NCBI GenBank assembly: GCA_036401335.1 | Contig: DASWVC010000054.1 | Span: 411-64,410 of the forward strand | DNA from: Chthoniobacterales bacterium | GTDB lineage: Bacteria > Verrucomicrobiota > Verrucomicrobiia > Chthoniobacterales > JAFAMB01 | Direction: 5' to 3' | DNA: 64,000 nt | Part shown: positions 1 to 9,601 of the stretch, piece after piece | Layout: the number at the start of each line of letters is the position of its first letter | Position numbering within the stretch: the first letter of the stretch is position 1 | Position numbers and translations under genes: made by a program | Notes under the pieces: generated by a model | Seen by the model: the letters and a program-made list of their open reading frames with translations, nothing else | Databases searched by the model: none | Told to the model about the DNA's origin: nothing

Positions 1-30
1 CATCATCAAACTTCTGGGAGTCCTTCCCGA

Positions 31-1038
31 GTGAGTTTACGCGAATGGACGGTTGCTTTACCGTTGGTCATCGCCATGGGCGTGGGCGCAGCGGGTTGCC
101 ACCGGTCCCGGCCACTTGCCCCCGCCCAGGGCCTGGCGGTCAAACTGCCCCTGAACCTGACCGTTGCGGATGAAGCCCCCCCCGTTTCACGGGGAGTCCG
201 CCGGGTGGGGCTTTGGAAAAATTTCGACGGCCAGCTTGCTTACGCCGCTGCCCTGAAGTTTGTGGCGCTGGGCCCGCGGGAGGCCGGGAGCAAAGCCCTG
301 GAGGAGGAACGCGGTTTGATTTCGGACCTACTGGACCAGTGCGGCTGGCAGGTCACGCCGCAAACGTTCCAGGATCAAGACCCCTCCGGTCAGGTCGTGG
401 CCTTTACGTCGTTGAGCGCACGGTACCTCCGGGGGCCGCCCGCGAGGCGCCGGGTGCTGGTGGCCGCGCACCTGGACACGGAGCGTTCCCGTGTCTTTCG
501 CAGTGTCGGCGCCACGGAGGGGGCAGCCGGGCCTGCGGTCCTGTTGGAAATGGCGCGTGTGTTGACCAGTGATCCAATGCTGGCCGGCCAGGTGGAGCTT
601 TGGTTCCTCGATGGCCACCAACCTTTCCGGGCACTAAACGCCAATGATGGGCTCTTCGGAAGCAGGTTTGCGGCGCAGATGATCCAGATTCACCAGCAAA
701 CCAATGAAATCCGGGCCATGGTTTGTCTCGGGAATTTTGGGGGGAAAGATTTTCGATTGCACTACGCACCCAACAGCGATCCGCAGCTCGAGCAAGCTTT
801 CCGACGCGCCGCCAACGGCGTCTCCATTCTGCTCGCGCCGGCCAATCGCCCGTTGCTGAATGACCACATCCCCTTTCAACAGGCCAATGTTCCGGCCATC
901 GCCATCCTCGACGCAGAAGCTCCTTACCTGCACACGGCGGATGATTCGGCCGAACAATTGGAAGCCGATTCGCTTGCGAAGGTGGGTCAGCTGGTCCTTT
1001 ATTTCCTTTCTGCGGAGGCACCTCCGACTGGCACATGA
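31..1038 (+). CDS. M28-family metallopeptidase / glutaminyl-cyclase-like lipoprotein
   Basis: 335-aa ORF with GTG start. Signal peptide with lipobox-like GAAGC. VLVAAHLDT and NDHIPFQQANVPAIAILD resemble metal-ligand regions of M28 peptidases. Stop overlaps the next start (ATGA at 1035-1038). Confidence 0.55.
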   Translation: MSLREWTVALPLVIAMGVGAAGCHRSRPLAPAQGLAVKLPLNLTVADEAPPVSRGVRRVGLWKNFDGQLAYAAALKFVALGPREAGSKALEEERGLISDLLDQCGWQVTPQTFQDQDPSGQVVAFTSLSARYLRGPPARRRVLVAAHLDTERSRVFRSVGATEGAAGPAVLLEMARVLTSDPMLAGQVELWFLDGHQPFRALNANDGLFGSRFAAQMIQIHQQTNEIRAMVCLGNFGGKDFRLHYAPNSDPQLEQAFRRAANGVSILLAPANRPLLNDHIPFQQANVPAIAILDAEAPYLHTADDSAEQLEADSLAKVGQLVLYFLSAEAPPTGT

Positions 1039-1289
1039 GCACGCATCCCATCCGTTTGTACGTTAAACCCGGCTGCCCCTGGTGTACGCTGGCCGAGCGC
1101 TACCTGGAGAAACACGGCTACGCTTACGAGCGTCTTGACGTCATCAAGGACCGGACGGCGTACGCCGAAATGAAGACGCTATCCGGCCAAACCCGAGCAC
1201 CGACCTTGGTGGCCGGTGACAGCGTGCTGCCCGATTTCGGGCCGGAGGAACTGGCCGAATTTCTCCAGCAGAACGGTATCAGGCCTTAA
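1035..1289 (+). CDS. glutaredoxin-family small redox protein
   Basis: 84-aa ORF. N-terminal beta-strand followed by a CPWC active-site motif (VKPGCPWCTLAERYL). Size and TLVAGD...GP pattern are typical of glutaredoxin/NrdH-like proteins. Confidence 0.75.
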   Translation: MSTHPIRLYVKPGCPWCTLAERYLEKHGYAYERLDVIKDRTAYAEMKTLSGQTRAPTLVAGDSVLPDFGPEELAEFLQQNGIRP

Positions 1290-1391
1290 TTTCGCCCCCA
1301 CAACCTCAAGAATGCGACGGCACTCACCGTAACCACACTGCGGCCAGGTCCGTCTGTACCGGTATGTTTCACCCCTGATTCCAAGCGAACC

Positions 1392-1634
1392 GTGACCAGA
1401 GCTGATAAAGTCTTGGACCTGCTGCAGGACGTTGCCGAGACCGACGAAGTCCGCAAAAACCCCGATCTGCCGCTCTACGACCTCCAGGTGCTCGATTCGA
1501 TGAGAACGGTGAGGCTGATCGTTGCCATCTCCGAGGAATTCGGGATCAACATTACACCGGCGGAACTCGAGCGCGAACAGTGGGCCACCCCGCGAAAGCT
1601 CGTTGCCGACATAGAAAACAGGCTGGGCGCGTAG
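1392..1634 (+). CDS. dltC: D-alanyl carrier protein
   Basis: 80-aa ORF (GTG start). Carrier-protein motif LDSMRTVRL with the phosphopantetheinyl serine. C-terminal W-x-TP pattern as in DltC. Sits directly upstream of dltX/dltA/dltB. Confidence 0.75.
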   Translation: MTRADKVLDLLQDVAETDEVRKNPDLPLYDLQVLDSMRTVRLIVAISEEFGINITPAELEREQWATPRKLVADIENRLGA

Positions 1635-1650
1635 TCGAACTGCTCTCCTC

Positions 1651-1794
1651 ATGGGCTGGCCTAAACTGTCTGAACACCCGAAAATACGGTTCGCGCTGCT
1701 CGTTTTGTATTACCTCGGAATCGTTGCAGGTCTGCTCATTCTTTATGGCCGAGGCAACTTCTCCACCCCACCATTTGTGTACCAGGGCTTCTGA
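1651..1794 (+). CDS. dltX: DltX-like small membrane protein (47 aa, below the ORF-track cutoff)
   Basis: My translation: MGWPKLSEHPKIRFALLVLYYLGIVAGLLILYGRGNFSTPPFVYQGF. It has one hydrophobic helix and a C-terminal FVYQGF, which resembles the conserved F-x-Y-x-x-F C-terminus of DltX. It fills the dltC-dltA gap; its stop is 3 nt before the dltA ATG. Confidence 0.6.
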   Translation: MGWPKLSEHPKIRFALLVLYYLGIVAGLLILYGRGNFSTPPFVYQGF

Positions 1795-1797
1795 GCA

Positions 1798-3258
1798 ATG
1801 GACCTCCTCGACCGTATCAGCAGGACGGCCCACGAGTACCCTGAAAAATTAGCTCACGTCAGCGAGGATCGTACGCTCACCTACGCCGAGCTTGCGCAGA
1901 AGTCCGACGCCTTGGCGCGGCACTTCGCCGGGGCCTTTCCGGCCGGCCATGCGCCTGTTGCCGTCATCGGTCACAAAGAGCCGGAAATGCTGATTGCCTT
2001 TCTGGGGGCAGTGAAATCGGGCCGGCCCTACGTACCGATTGACGTGGCCATTCCTGCACGTCGCGCCGCCGGGATGCTACAGGCTTCCCAGGCGGTCGTT
2101 GCCCTCACGCCATCGGAAATTGCCGCGCTTGCGAATGAACGTTCATCCGCTAAACCCCGCCGCGTCGGCCTGAACGATCCCTTCTACATCATCTTCACCT
2201 CCGGCAGCACCGGCGAGCCGAAAGGGGTTGTTATCACGCTGGGCTGCCTGACGACATTTCTCGAGTGGATGCTCGAACAGCACCCGTTCACGCGCGGCCG
2301 TGAGACGTTCTTAAATCAGGCTCCATTCGCGTTTGATCTCTCCGTGATGGATCTCTACCTGAGCTTGGCCACCGGTGGAACCCTCTTCAGCATCGGCAAA
2401 AATGAGATCGCGAACCCGAAGCGGCTCTACAGCGCCCTCGACCATTCAACCGTGACGGTCTGGGTTTCCACACCGACTTTCGCCCAGATGTGTTTGATCG
2501 AGCGCAGGTTCAATCGGACCATGCTCCCGCAGCTTCGACGGTTTTTGTTCTGTGGGGAAACGCTCGCACCAGACACTGTTGCACAGTTGCTTGACCGTTT
2601 TCCTGAGGCCGAAATTTGGAACACCTACGGTCCGACCGAGGCGACGGTAGCGTGTACCTCGGTGCGAATTGATCGCGACATGCTCGCACGCTACGCCCCT
2701 TTGCCCGTTGGGGCACCAATGCCGGGCGCAAAGGTCTTGGTTGTAGATGGGGAGGGGCAACCGGTAACACCGGGCGAACGGGGTGAAATCATCATCGCCG
2801 GGGCGCACGTAAGTCCGGGCTATGTGGGGTCGCCCGATCTGGCGAACAGCGGATTTTTCTGGATGGGAAACCTCCGTGCCTACCGCACGGGGGACTGGGG
2901 CCGGATCGAAAATGGATTGCTGTTTTTCGAGGGGCGCATCGATGCCCAATTCAAGATCAACGGCTACCGGATCGAGCTTGGCGACGTTGAAGAAAACCTG
3001 CGCTCGTTGCCCACGGTGACGGACGCAGCGGTCCTGCCGGTGATCAGGCAGGGCATTGCGCAGTCGCTGGCTGCCTTTGTCGTGCTCTCCAGGCGTGGCG
3101 GTGAGAGTGACTTTGAACTCGGGACCCGGCTTCGCAGCGAGCTTGCCCAGCGGATTCCGGCTTACATGCTGCCGGGACGGTTTATTTTCGTTGACGCCTT
3201 TCCAATGACGGCAAACGGCAAGACCGACCGGCGGAGATTAGCGGATTCGATCCGATGA
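1798..3258 (+). CDS. dltA: D-alanine--D-alanyl carrier protein ligase (adenylation enzyme)
   Basis: 486-aa ORF. AMP-binding motifs IFTSGSTGEPKGV, NTYGPTE, YRTGD and C-terminal ANGKTDRRRL. Size and context match DltA. Stop overlaps the dltB start. Confidence 0.85.
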   Translation: MDLLDRISRTAHEYPEKLAHVSEDRTLTYAELAQKSDALARHFAGAFPAGHAPVAVIGHKEPEMLIAFLGAVKSGRPYVPIDVAIPARRAAGMLQASQAVVALTPSEIAALANERSSAKPRRVGLNDPFYIIFTSGSTGEPKGVVITLGCLTTFLEWMLEQHPFTRGRETFLNQAPFAFDLSVMDLYLSLATGGTLFSIGKNEIANPKRLYSALDHSTVTVWVSTPTFAQMCLIERRFNRTMLPQLRRFLFCGETLAPDTVAQLLDRFPEAEIWNTYGPTEATVACTSVRIDRDMLARYAPLPVGAPMPGAKVLVVDGEGQPVTPGERGEIIIAGAHVSPGYVGSPDLANSGFFWMGNLRAYRTGDWGRIENGLLFFEGRIDAQFKINGYRIELGDVEENLRSLPTVTDAAVLPVIRQGIAQSLAAFVVLSRRGGESDFELGTRLRSELAQRIPAYMLPGRFIFVDAFPMTANGKTDRRRLADSIR

Positions 3259-4424
3259 CCCCGTTCGCGAATTTCGCGTACTTCGGGATCTTGCTTTACG
3301 CGGTTATCCCGACCTTGGCTCTGGGAATTGCAGGCCGCGCAAACCGGCGCTGGGCCTTTCTGGTCACCCTGGCGTTCTTTATCGGGCAGTTCTTCACGAA
3401 GCTTCACCTCAGTCCACACACTTCACTGCCAACCATTGCCGTCGTCAGCGGTTACGGGGGGTATGAATGGACGATCGCGATCGGATTCCTGCACGCGCGA
3501 CGCCGGTCTAAATCCAATGCCCGGTTCTATGCTGTTCTCCTGTTTGCCCTTGCGCCCCTGGCCGCAACCAAGTTCCTGCCGCTGCTTACCCCCGGCAACG
3601 CCTTTGGCTTTCTGGGCATTTCGTACGTCACGTTTCGGGTTCTTGACGTGCTCTTCTGCATTCACGACGGGTTGATCACCTCCTTACCGCCGTCGCAATT
3701 CTTTACCTACACGTTTTTCTTTGCCACCCTGTCCGCGGGTCCGATCGATCGTTACCGGCGCTTCGACAAAGACTGGAAACGCACCCGCACACGGGAAGAC
3801 TTTCTGATCGATCTCGATGCAGCGATCGAGCGGGTTTTCCGGGGATTTCTCTATAAATTCATCCTGGCCACGCTGATCAAACGGTTCTGGATTGACCGCG
3901 CCGCAGGAGGATCGCTCGCAGACACGCTGTCCTACATGTACGGCTACAGCCTGTACCTATTCTTTGACTTTGCCGGCTACAGTGCATTTGCGATCGCTTT
4001 CAGCCGTCTTTTCGGTATCCACACGCCGGAAAACTTCGACCGTCCCTTCCTCGCCCACAACATTCGCGATTTCTGGAACCGATGGCACATCACCCTCTCC
4101 TTCTGGTTTCGTGATCACGTCTACATGCGCTTCCTCCTCGCCGCAGCGAAGGGCAAGTGGTTCAAGGGTGACCGCGTCGCCCCCTACCTTGGATTGCTCC
4201 TTTCCTTTGGCCTGATGGGCCTCTGGCACGGAACCGAGTTGCATTACCTCATTTACGGAGCGTACCACGCCTGTTTGCTGATTACTTATGACGTGTTGTC
4301 CCGCTGGAACAAACAAAAGAAATGGTGGGGCACGGGCCGGTGGTGGCGGGCTGCTTCTATTTTTGTCACGGGCCAGCTAATTTGCTTTGGCTTCCTGATT
4401 TTCTCTGGCCGGCTTGGCCCGTAG
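3255..4424 (+). CDS. dltB: MBOAT-family D-alanyl transfer protein
   Basis: 389-aa polytopic membrane ORF. MBOAT signature region NIRDFWNRWHITLSFWFRDHVY with the conserved His. Follows dltA with a 4-nt overlap. Confidence 0.85.
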   Translation: MTPFANFAYFGILLYAVIPTLALGIAGRANRRWAFLVTLAFFIGQFFTKLHLSPHTSLPTIAVVSGYGGYEWTIAIGFLHARRRSKSNARFYAVLLFALAPLAATKFLPLLTPGNAFGFLGISYVTFRVLDVLFCIHDGLITSLPPSQFFTYTFFFATLSAGPIDRYRRFDKDWKRTRTREDFLIDLDAAIERVFRGFLYKFILATLIKRFWIDRAAGGSLADTLSYMYGYSLYLFFDFAGYSAFAIAFSRLFGIHTPENFDRPFLAHNIRDFWNRWHITLSFWFRDHVYMRFLLAAAKGKWFKGDRVAPYLGLLLSFGLMGLWHGTELHYLIYGAYHACLLITYDVLSRWNKQKKWWGTGRWWRAASIFVTGQLICFGFLIFSGRLGP

Positions 4425-4436
4425 CGGGCTGCGGCC

Positions 4437-4519
4437 CGGTAGGGTGGCGAGTCCCTTCGCCGCCGCGGGGGGTGAGGCGGGCCGCTAAAGGAGGGCGGTT
4501 GGGGACAAGCTCCCTTGCC
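4437..4519 (+). repeat. GGACAAGCTCCC intergenic repeat element, copy 1 (module A plus core)
   Basis: Module A: CGGTAGGGTGGCGAGTCCCTTCGCCGC. Core: GGGCGGTTGGGGACAAGCTCCCTTGCC. Related copies are at 31663, 33880, 50974 and 60350. Lies between the convergent dltB and dltD. Confidence 0.8.
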
Positions 4520-4581
4520 AGGCATGCGCGACCCTAGCCGTTCTTACACCCCGACACCCCGACATGCGCTTCCCGGGCGTT

Positions 4582-5805
4582 TTAACTGCCGGGCACCGCC
4601 GTAAGCCGATCGTGGAAGAAATCGTCGAGCGCCTGGTCGTAATAAAGCCACCCTTTGTCGCTTAGATGATCGTGATGCCCGGCAAGAAAAGCCCCGTCTT
4701 CATCATGTTCTTCAAAGGTTACCAGGGGCACGTGATGCGCCCGCGCCAGGGCCCGGACCTGTTTGTAATACACATCGCGCAACGGGCGCCCGACCCCAAA
4801 CCGGTCGAAGTAACTTCCATCGATCGGCATGCTGAGCAACAAAGGGCGTGCGCCTAACTCATCCAGCCCCCGTAACAACAACCCGAAGTCGATCCATTCA
4901 TGCGCACCCTGCTCTCCCGACAGGAAGGCGCCGGGGCCGGCCTCCGGCCCGATCGGTTCCGGGTCGACATCGGTGCGTTGCCCGGCATCGAACGCCGCTT
5001 GCCCAATCAGGTTGTGCCAATCGAGCGCGCGCACGACCGGTTGCACGCCGGTTTGCAAATGCGGTTTCTCTTTCAGGATGTAAATAAGGGTTTCAAAATG
5101 ATCCTGCATGCGAAGGATCCACGTTTCGACGATGCCCAGCGGAGTCAGCGCGTGAAAAATTGCATCGTGCAGCGGCGAATCTTTGGCGAGTTGGCGAAGG
5201 GCGAATGCGAGCAGGGTGCTCTTCTCGAGCGTGTGCGGATAGCGCAGCATTTGTCGCGCGACATCGCGCTTGAGTTCGAGGCTGAACGGTGCGCCGTAAA
5301 GCAGTTCATCCGCTTGCAACCGCGAGAAATTCCCGTCGTAGTAGCCCGGCGGGATCGCACGACGAAAAAACCAGCTTGGCGACAGGGAGATCACCACTTT
5401 CCTCCCGCGCATCCGCGTACCGACCGCCGCAAACTTTTGCAACATAACCAGCGAAGTCGCACCAACCCTGGCAACCGGGAAAACATTGAAGCCGGTGGGA
5501 TAGGTTCGGAAAAAATTGGCTGCCTTGTAAGCAGCCGGCCTGACCAGCTCAGAACTCCCGTAAAACGGCAACAGATCCGGTTGTGCAAAGGCCTCCCTTT
5601 GCAACGCCACGCCCTGATTTTTCTGCAGGAAAAGGAGCGGTGCCAGGGCATGGAGGTAGCGGCGCTCCCACGCACGCCCAACCGCTGCCCCGCCCAGCAG
5701 AATGACAATGGCTGCTCCTAGCACCAGCAAGGAGGCGTCAAGGTGCGGCGTTTTTATCCGGCTCACGGGATTTTTGAGTGCCCTTGGCAGTGATGGCAAG
5801 GTCAA
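4582..5805 (-). CDS. dltD: DltD-like D-alanylation protein (SGNH-like, N-terminally anchored)
   Basis: 407-aa ORF with one N-terminal TM helix. YGSSEL, VVISLSPSWFF and C-terminal HLSDKGWLYYD resemble the conserved blocks of DltD. Convergent with dltCXAB. Confidence 0.65.
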   Translation of the reverse strand: MTLPSLPRALKNPVSRIKTPHLDASLLVLGAAIVILLGGAAVGRAWERRYLHALAPLLFLQKNQGVALQREAFAQPDLLPFYGSSELVRPAAYKAANFFRTYPTGFNVFPVARVGATSLVMLQKFAAVGTRMRGRKVVISLSPSWFFRRAIPPGYYDGNFSRLQADELLYGAPFSLELKRDVARQMLRYPHTLEKSTLLAFALRQLAKDSPLHDAIFHALTPLGIVETWILRMQDHFETLIYILKEKPHLQTGVQPVVRALDWHNLIGQAAFDAGQRTDVDPEPIGPEAGPGAFLSGEQGAHEWIDFGLLLRGLDELGARPLLLSMPIDGSYFDRFGVGRPLRDVYYKQVRALARAHHVPLVTFEEHDEDGAFLAGHHDHLSDKGWLYYDQALDDFFHDRLTAVPGS

Positions 5806-5870
5806 CCAGGGGATGGTCCCGGATCGTCACAGATCGACGTGATCCTTCCGGCAAGACTAGGCCGCGGCGA

Positions 5871-7265
5871 TCACCACACCAATTCTTGGTTCGTGTAGGT
5901 TCCCGGGCCAACCACCTGCGTGCCCTTCGAACCGTTACGGACCGCCACCTTGCCGTGAAATTTTACCCCGGCCGCAAACCGGACCGGACCTTCCACGATC
6001 AACTCTTCGCACTCGGCCACCGACGGCACCCCTTCCGCCACCAACGTCTCGAATGCGTCAACCAGTTTATAACCGTCCGAAAGTTTGATGACGGGCGGCT
6101 TGCCTGCGCGTTCCGGGATGAGCTCAAGGCTGGAGGCGTCGTTTAACCGGTACGCATCGGAACGGACGGCCAATAGATCGCTCGTCGTCTTTACCGGGGC
6201 AAAGCGTGAGCGGGGCACCTCAATCGCTCCCGCTGCTTCGAAGCACCCGATGGCGGCGCCCATGGCCGTCTCGAGTTGATAAGCCTTCGGAGTTTCCTTG
6301 TCCCGTGGATCTACCGTTTTTTCGTTTCGGATCAGGGGCAAGGGCAAGATGCCGTCGCCTTCGGCCAGCACCCGATCCAACACGTCCAGGCGCACCCACA
6401 AGTTGTTGGTATTGAAAAACCGGTGCCGATCGGTGTCCTGAAATGCTTCCATGTCCTCTTCCGGGCATTGCGCCGATTCCCTCAGCACCAGCTGCCCGTC
6501 GGTTTTCCGGCGGGCCAAATGGCCGCCCTTACGATCGACAGCCGTACGACGAGTGACCTCCATGAGGAACGGCAGGCCCGACTCGGCAAAATAACTTAGC
6601 AGGCGCAGGTCAAGCGTTGCCCCAAGGTTGTCGGAATTGGAGACAAAAAGGAACTGGGTGCCACGCTCGCGCAGGGCTTTCAGCAAGCCGTGGCCCGCCA
6701 TTGCCGTGTAAAGGTCGCCATGGCCTGGCGGACACCATTCCAGTTGCGGATTTTGCGGCCATTGGACCGGCAGAAGCGACGGAACACCTATCTTTGGCAC
6801 CCGGTTCTGAAGCAACTCAAGGTGGCGGGGGTCGCCCAGCTCAGGGTAACGGCCAAGGGCCGCAAGCGTATCCTCGCTCGTGCTGAAACTGTTCATGACA
6901 AACAAGCCCAGCTGAGGCGACAGTTCCGACCGCAACCGCAGGAACTGGCGAACGATAATGTCCAAAAAAGTGAGTTCACCTCGCACCCGCAACAAGCTTT
7001 TCGCCTTCTCCAACCCCATGCCGGTGCCAAGTCCACCGTTCAACTTCATGACGGCCGTCTGGCTCACGTAGGTTTCTACCGCGGCCGCTACCTGACGGTT
7101 TTCTAAGGACGGAAGGTCTGCAACTGCTTCAAGGGATGCCTCCGGAATCAGGCCGGCGTCGGCCTGAGTCAGTTTGTTGTACTGGAACAAAAAGGCTCGA
7201 ATCGCCGTTTCGTCCATGCCCGCGGCCAGCATCTTCTCACGAATCTGGGTCTCAGCATCGCTCAT
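5871..7265 (-). CDS. UTP--glucose-1-phosphate uridylyltransferase, UDPGP (eukaryote-type) family
   Basis: ORF 5871-7331; start taken at the internal MSDAETQ (7265). Motif KLNGGLGTGMG and overall length are typical of the UDPGP family rather than GalU. Confidence 0.75.
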   Translation of the reverse strand: MSDAETQIREKMLAAGMDETAIRAFLFQYNKLTQADAGLIPEASLEAVADLPSLENRQVAAAVETYVSQTAVMKLNGGLGTGMGLEKAKSLLRVRGELTFLDIIVRQFLRLRSELSPQLGLFVMNSFSTSEDTLAALGRYPELGDPRHLELLQNRVPKIGVPSLLPVQWPQNPQLEWCPPGHGDLYTAMAGHGLLKALRERGTQFLFVSNSDNLGATLDLRLLSYFAESGLPFLMEVTRRTAVDRKGGHLARRKTDGQLVLRESAQCPEEDMEAFQDTDRHRFFNTNNLWVRLDVLDRVLAEGDGILPLPLIRNEKTVDPRDKETPKAYQLETAMGAAIGCFEAAGAIEVPRSRFAPVKTTSDLLAVRSDAYRLNDASSLELIPERAGKPPVIKLSDGYKLVDAFETLVAEGVPSVAECEELIVEGPVRFAAGVKFHGKVAVRNGSKGTQVVGPGTYTNQELVW

Positions 7266-7338
7266 AACCCAAGTAATCTTGCAGCCAGCGGGTAAGGGAG
7301 CTAAATCTTTCGGTCTCGACCCGCAGGGCAAACGTTCC

Positions 7339-7983
7339 CTAAACCACCACCATGCCGCCCGCCGTCGGCACTTCCGCCGCAGAACTATCCACTTCTTCCC
7401 CGACCACGTACCGCGTAAAACGTTTGATCACCACGTTCTCTCCAAGTTGGGCAATTTTGGAGGAAACCAATTCCTTGATCGTCTGGTCTGGGTTCTTGAT
7501 GAAAGCCTGGTCTAACAGGCAAACGCTGGCGTAATACTTGTCGAGTTTACCTTCGACAATCTTTTCAATCACGTTTGCAGGCTTGCCTTTCACCTGTTCC
7601 CGATAAATGCCGCGCTCTTTTTCAACTTCGGCCACCGGCACCTGTTCGCGGGTGACATAAAGGGGATGGGCGGCGGCAATGTGCAACGTGATATCCTTCA
7701 CAAAATCGCGGAAGATCTCATTCTTCGCCACGAAATCGGTTTCACAGTTTACCTCCACCAACACCCCGACTTTGCCTTGCAAGTGGATGTAGGAAGCCAC
7801 AATCCCTTCCTTCGCCGAGCGAGCCGCTTTCTTTGACGCACTGGCGATCCCCTTTTTCCGCAAAATCTCTTCCGCCTTGTCGAGGTCGCCTCCGGCTTCA
7901 ACCAAAGCCCTTTTGCAATCCATCATGCCTGCGTTGGTTTTTTCGCGAAGCTGTTTTACAACGGCAGGGTTCACGTCAGCCAT
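7339..7983 (-). CDS. tsf: translation elongation factor Ts (short form)
   Basis: 214 aa. N-terminal VKQLREKTNAGMMDCKRAL UBA-like motif. Immediately downstream of rpsB. Confidence 0.9.
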   Translation of the reverse strand: MADVNPAVVKQLREKTNAGMMDCKRALVEAGGDLDKAEEILRKKGIASASKKAARSAKEGIVASYIHLQGKVGVLVEVNCETDFVAKNEIFRDFVKDITLHIAAAHPLYVTREQVPVAEVEKERGIYREQVKGKPANVIEKIVEGKLDKYYASVCLLDQAFIKNPDQTIKELVSSKIAQLGENVVIKRFTRYVVGEEVDSSAAEVPTAGGMVVV

Positions 7984-8047
7984 ATATGAAAATAGAAATA
8001 GTTAAGGGCCCGAACGCCCCGAAAAAGCACCCCGCAACGCAAAGTTA

Positions 8048-8776
8048 TTACCCCGCAACCGCTGCCAGTTGGGCACTATCGTCTTTTTTGCCCTCCTGCG
8101 TTGCCCCGTAAATCGCATCCACGAGTTTTTGCAGAATCACCCGGATGGCACGAATGGCGTCATCGTTCCCGGCGATTGGGTAAGTAACTTTTTCAGGATC
8201 GGCGTTCGTGTCAACAATCGCAATCGTCGGGATCTTAAGGCGAAGTGCTTCCGCCACCGCGATGGATTCGCGGGTGGTGTCAATGATCACCAGCGCGTCC
8301 GGCAACCGGTCCATGGTCCGGATGCCTTCAAGGTTCCGGCGCAGTTTTTCAGCTTCGCGCCGTAGAGCCGAGAGCTCCTGCTTGCCCATTTTCGAGTATT
8401 CCGGCGACTTTTCAATCTGCTCAAGGTACGTGAGGCGACCCACGCTCTTTCGAATCGTGGTCAGGTTCGTCAACGTGCCGCCCAGCCACCGCTGGTTCAC
8501 ATAGAATTGCCCGCAGGCTTCCGCTGCTTCCTTGACCGCTTCCTGTGCCTGCTTCTTGCAACCGATAAAAAGCACCTTGCCGCCCTGGCGCGTCACCTCG
8601 GCCAGGTAGTCCGTCGCCGTTTGCAATTGCTCGACCGTCTTGGACAGATTGATGATGTAAATCGAATTGCGCTGCTCAAAGATGAATGGTTTCATCTTCG
8701 GGTTCCAACGCTTGGTCTGGTGTCCAAAGTGAACTCCTGCTTCCAGAAGTTCAGTCATTAATTCCATCGAAGACAT
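8048..8776 (-). CDS. rpsB: 30S ribosomal protein S2
   Basis: 242 aa. [19 protein letters not shown] and [13 protein letters not shown] motifs. Confidence 0.95.
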   Translation of the reverse strand: MSSMELMTELLEAGVHFGHQTKRWNPKMKPFIFEQRNSIYIINLSKTVEQLQTATDYLAEVTRQGGKVLFIGCKKQAQEAVKEAAEACGQFYVNQRWLGGTLTNLTTIRKSVGRLTYLEQIEKSPEYSKMGKQELSALRREAEKLRRNLEGIRTMDRLPDALVIIDTTRESIAVAEALRLKIPTIAIVDTNADPEKVTYPIAGNDDAIRAIRVILQKLVDAIYGATQEGKKDDSAQLAAVAG

Positions 8777-8955
8777 GGTAGTTGGCCGAGGCTAGCTTTC
8801 CTTGGTGGCGGGTTAGAAAATTACAATATGGGTCGAGCCGGTGACTATTGTTCAGCTCTACGTCCTTCGCAACTAAAACCTGAGAGCGCGAACTTCGCCG
8901 GAGCGGCGTTTGCAGGCCTGGCGGTTTTGCGAGTCAGCCGGACGTGTGTTTCCGG

Positions 8956-9504
8956 TCAATTTTCCCCATCCGGCGCCCGGGTTTCTTCGTAACGCGCAAA
9001 CAGCCAAAGCACGTCGGACAGCCGGTTCAGGTACCGTACCGTTTCCGGATTGACGTAATCGGCGGAATCAGCGAGGGCAACGATCCGCCGTTCCGCCCTT
9101 CGGCAAACCGTGCGGGCCACGTCGAGGGTCGCGGAAGCGAGCGTTGCTCCGGGTGTTGCCCAATGCTGGTAAGTGATGTGATGGTTCTTCTCGAGGTCAT
9201 CGACCACGGCGGTCAGCGCATCGACCATTCCGGCGTTCACCAAACCATACCCATCGTTTGAGTACCGTTCACGGTCTTCATCCGCGACGGCCAGCTCGCC
9301 CATCAGGATGACCAGGGTTTTCTGCATCGCCAGAACGGTCTGTCGCACCAGCGGGAGCTTAGAAGTGGCCCGGACCAGTCCAAGCGCCGCATTCAGTTCG
9401 TCCACGGTGCCATAAGCGTCGACGCGCCGGTTATCCTTTGGCACGCGCCGCCCGTACATCAGAGCGGTCTTGCCTGCATCACCGGTTTTTGTAGCGATCG
9501 ACAT
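8956..9504 (-). CDS. PduO-type ATP:cob(I)alamin adenosyltransferase
   Basis: ORF 8956-9546; start taken at MSIATKTGDAGKT (9504). TGDxGxT plus the YGxVDELNAxLG motif are typical of the PduO/MMAB family. Confidence 0.8.
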   Translation of the reverse strand: MSIATKTGDAGKTALMYGRRVPKDNRRVDAYGTVDELNAALGLVRATSKLPLVRQTVLAMQKTLVILMGELAVADEDRERYSNDGYGLVNAGMVDALTAVVDDLEKNHHITYQHWATPGATLASATLDVARTVCRRAERRIVALADSADYVNPETVRYLNRLSDVLWLFARYEETRAPDGEN

Positions 9505-9601
9505 GCTCTTACGGCTGCTCAAGTTCTCAGCCAGGTTTCCGGGCACTTAAGAAGAAGCTCCCCGGCCGTCAGAAGTACCGAGCGGGCGAGGGGCCAGAAC
9601 G

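Noticed and set aside
4900-5721. 273-aa plus-strand ORF opposite dltD
   Set aside because: The minus-strand frame carries DltD-like blocks and an N-terminal anchor. The plus-strand product has no features.
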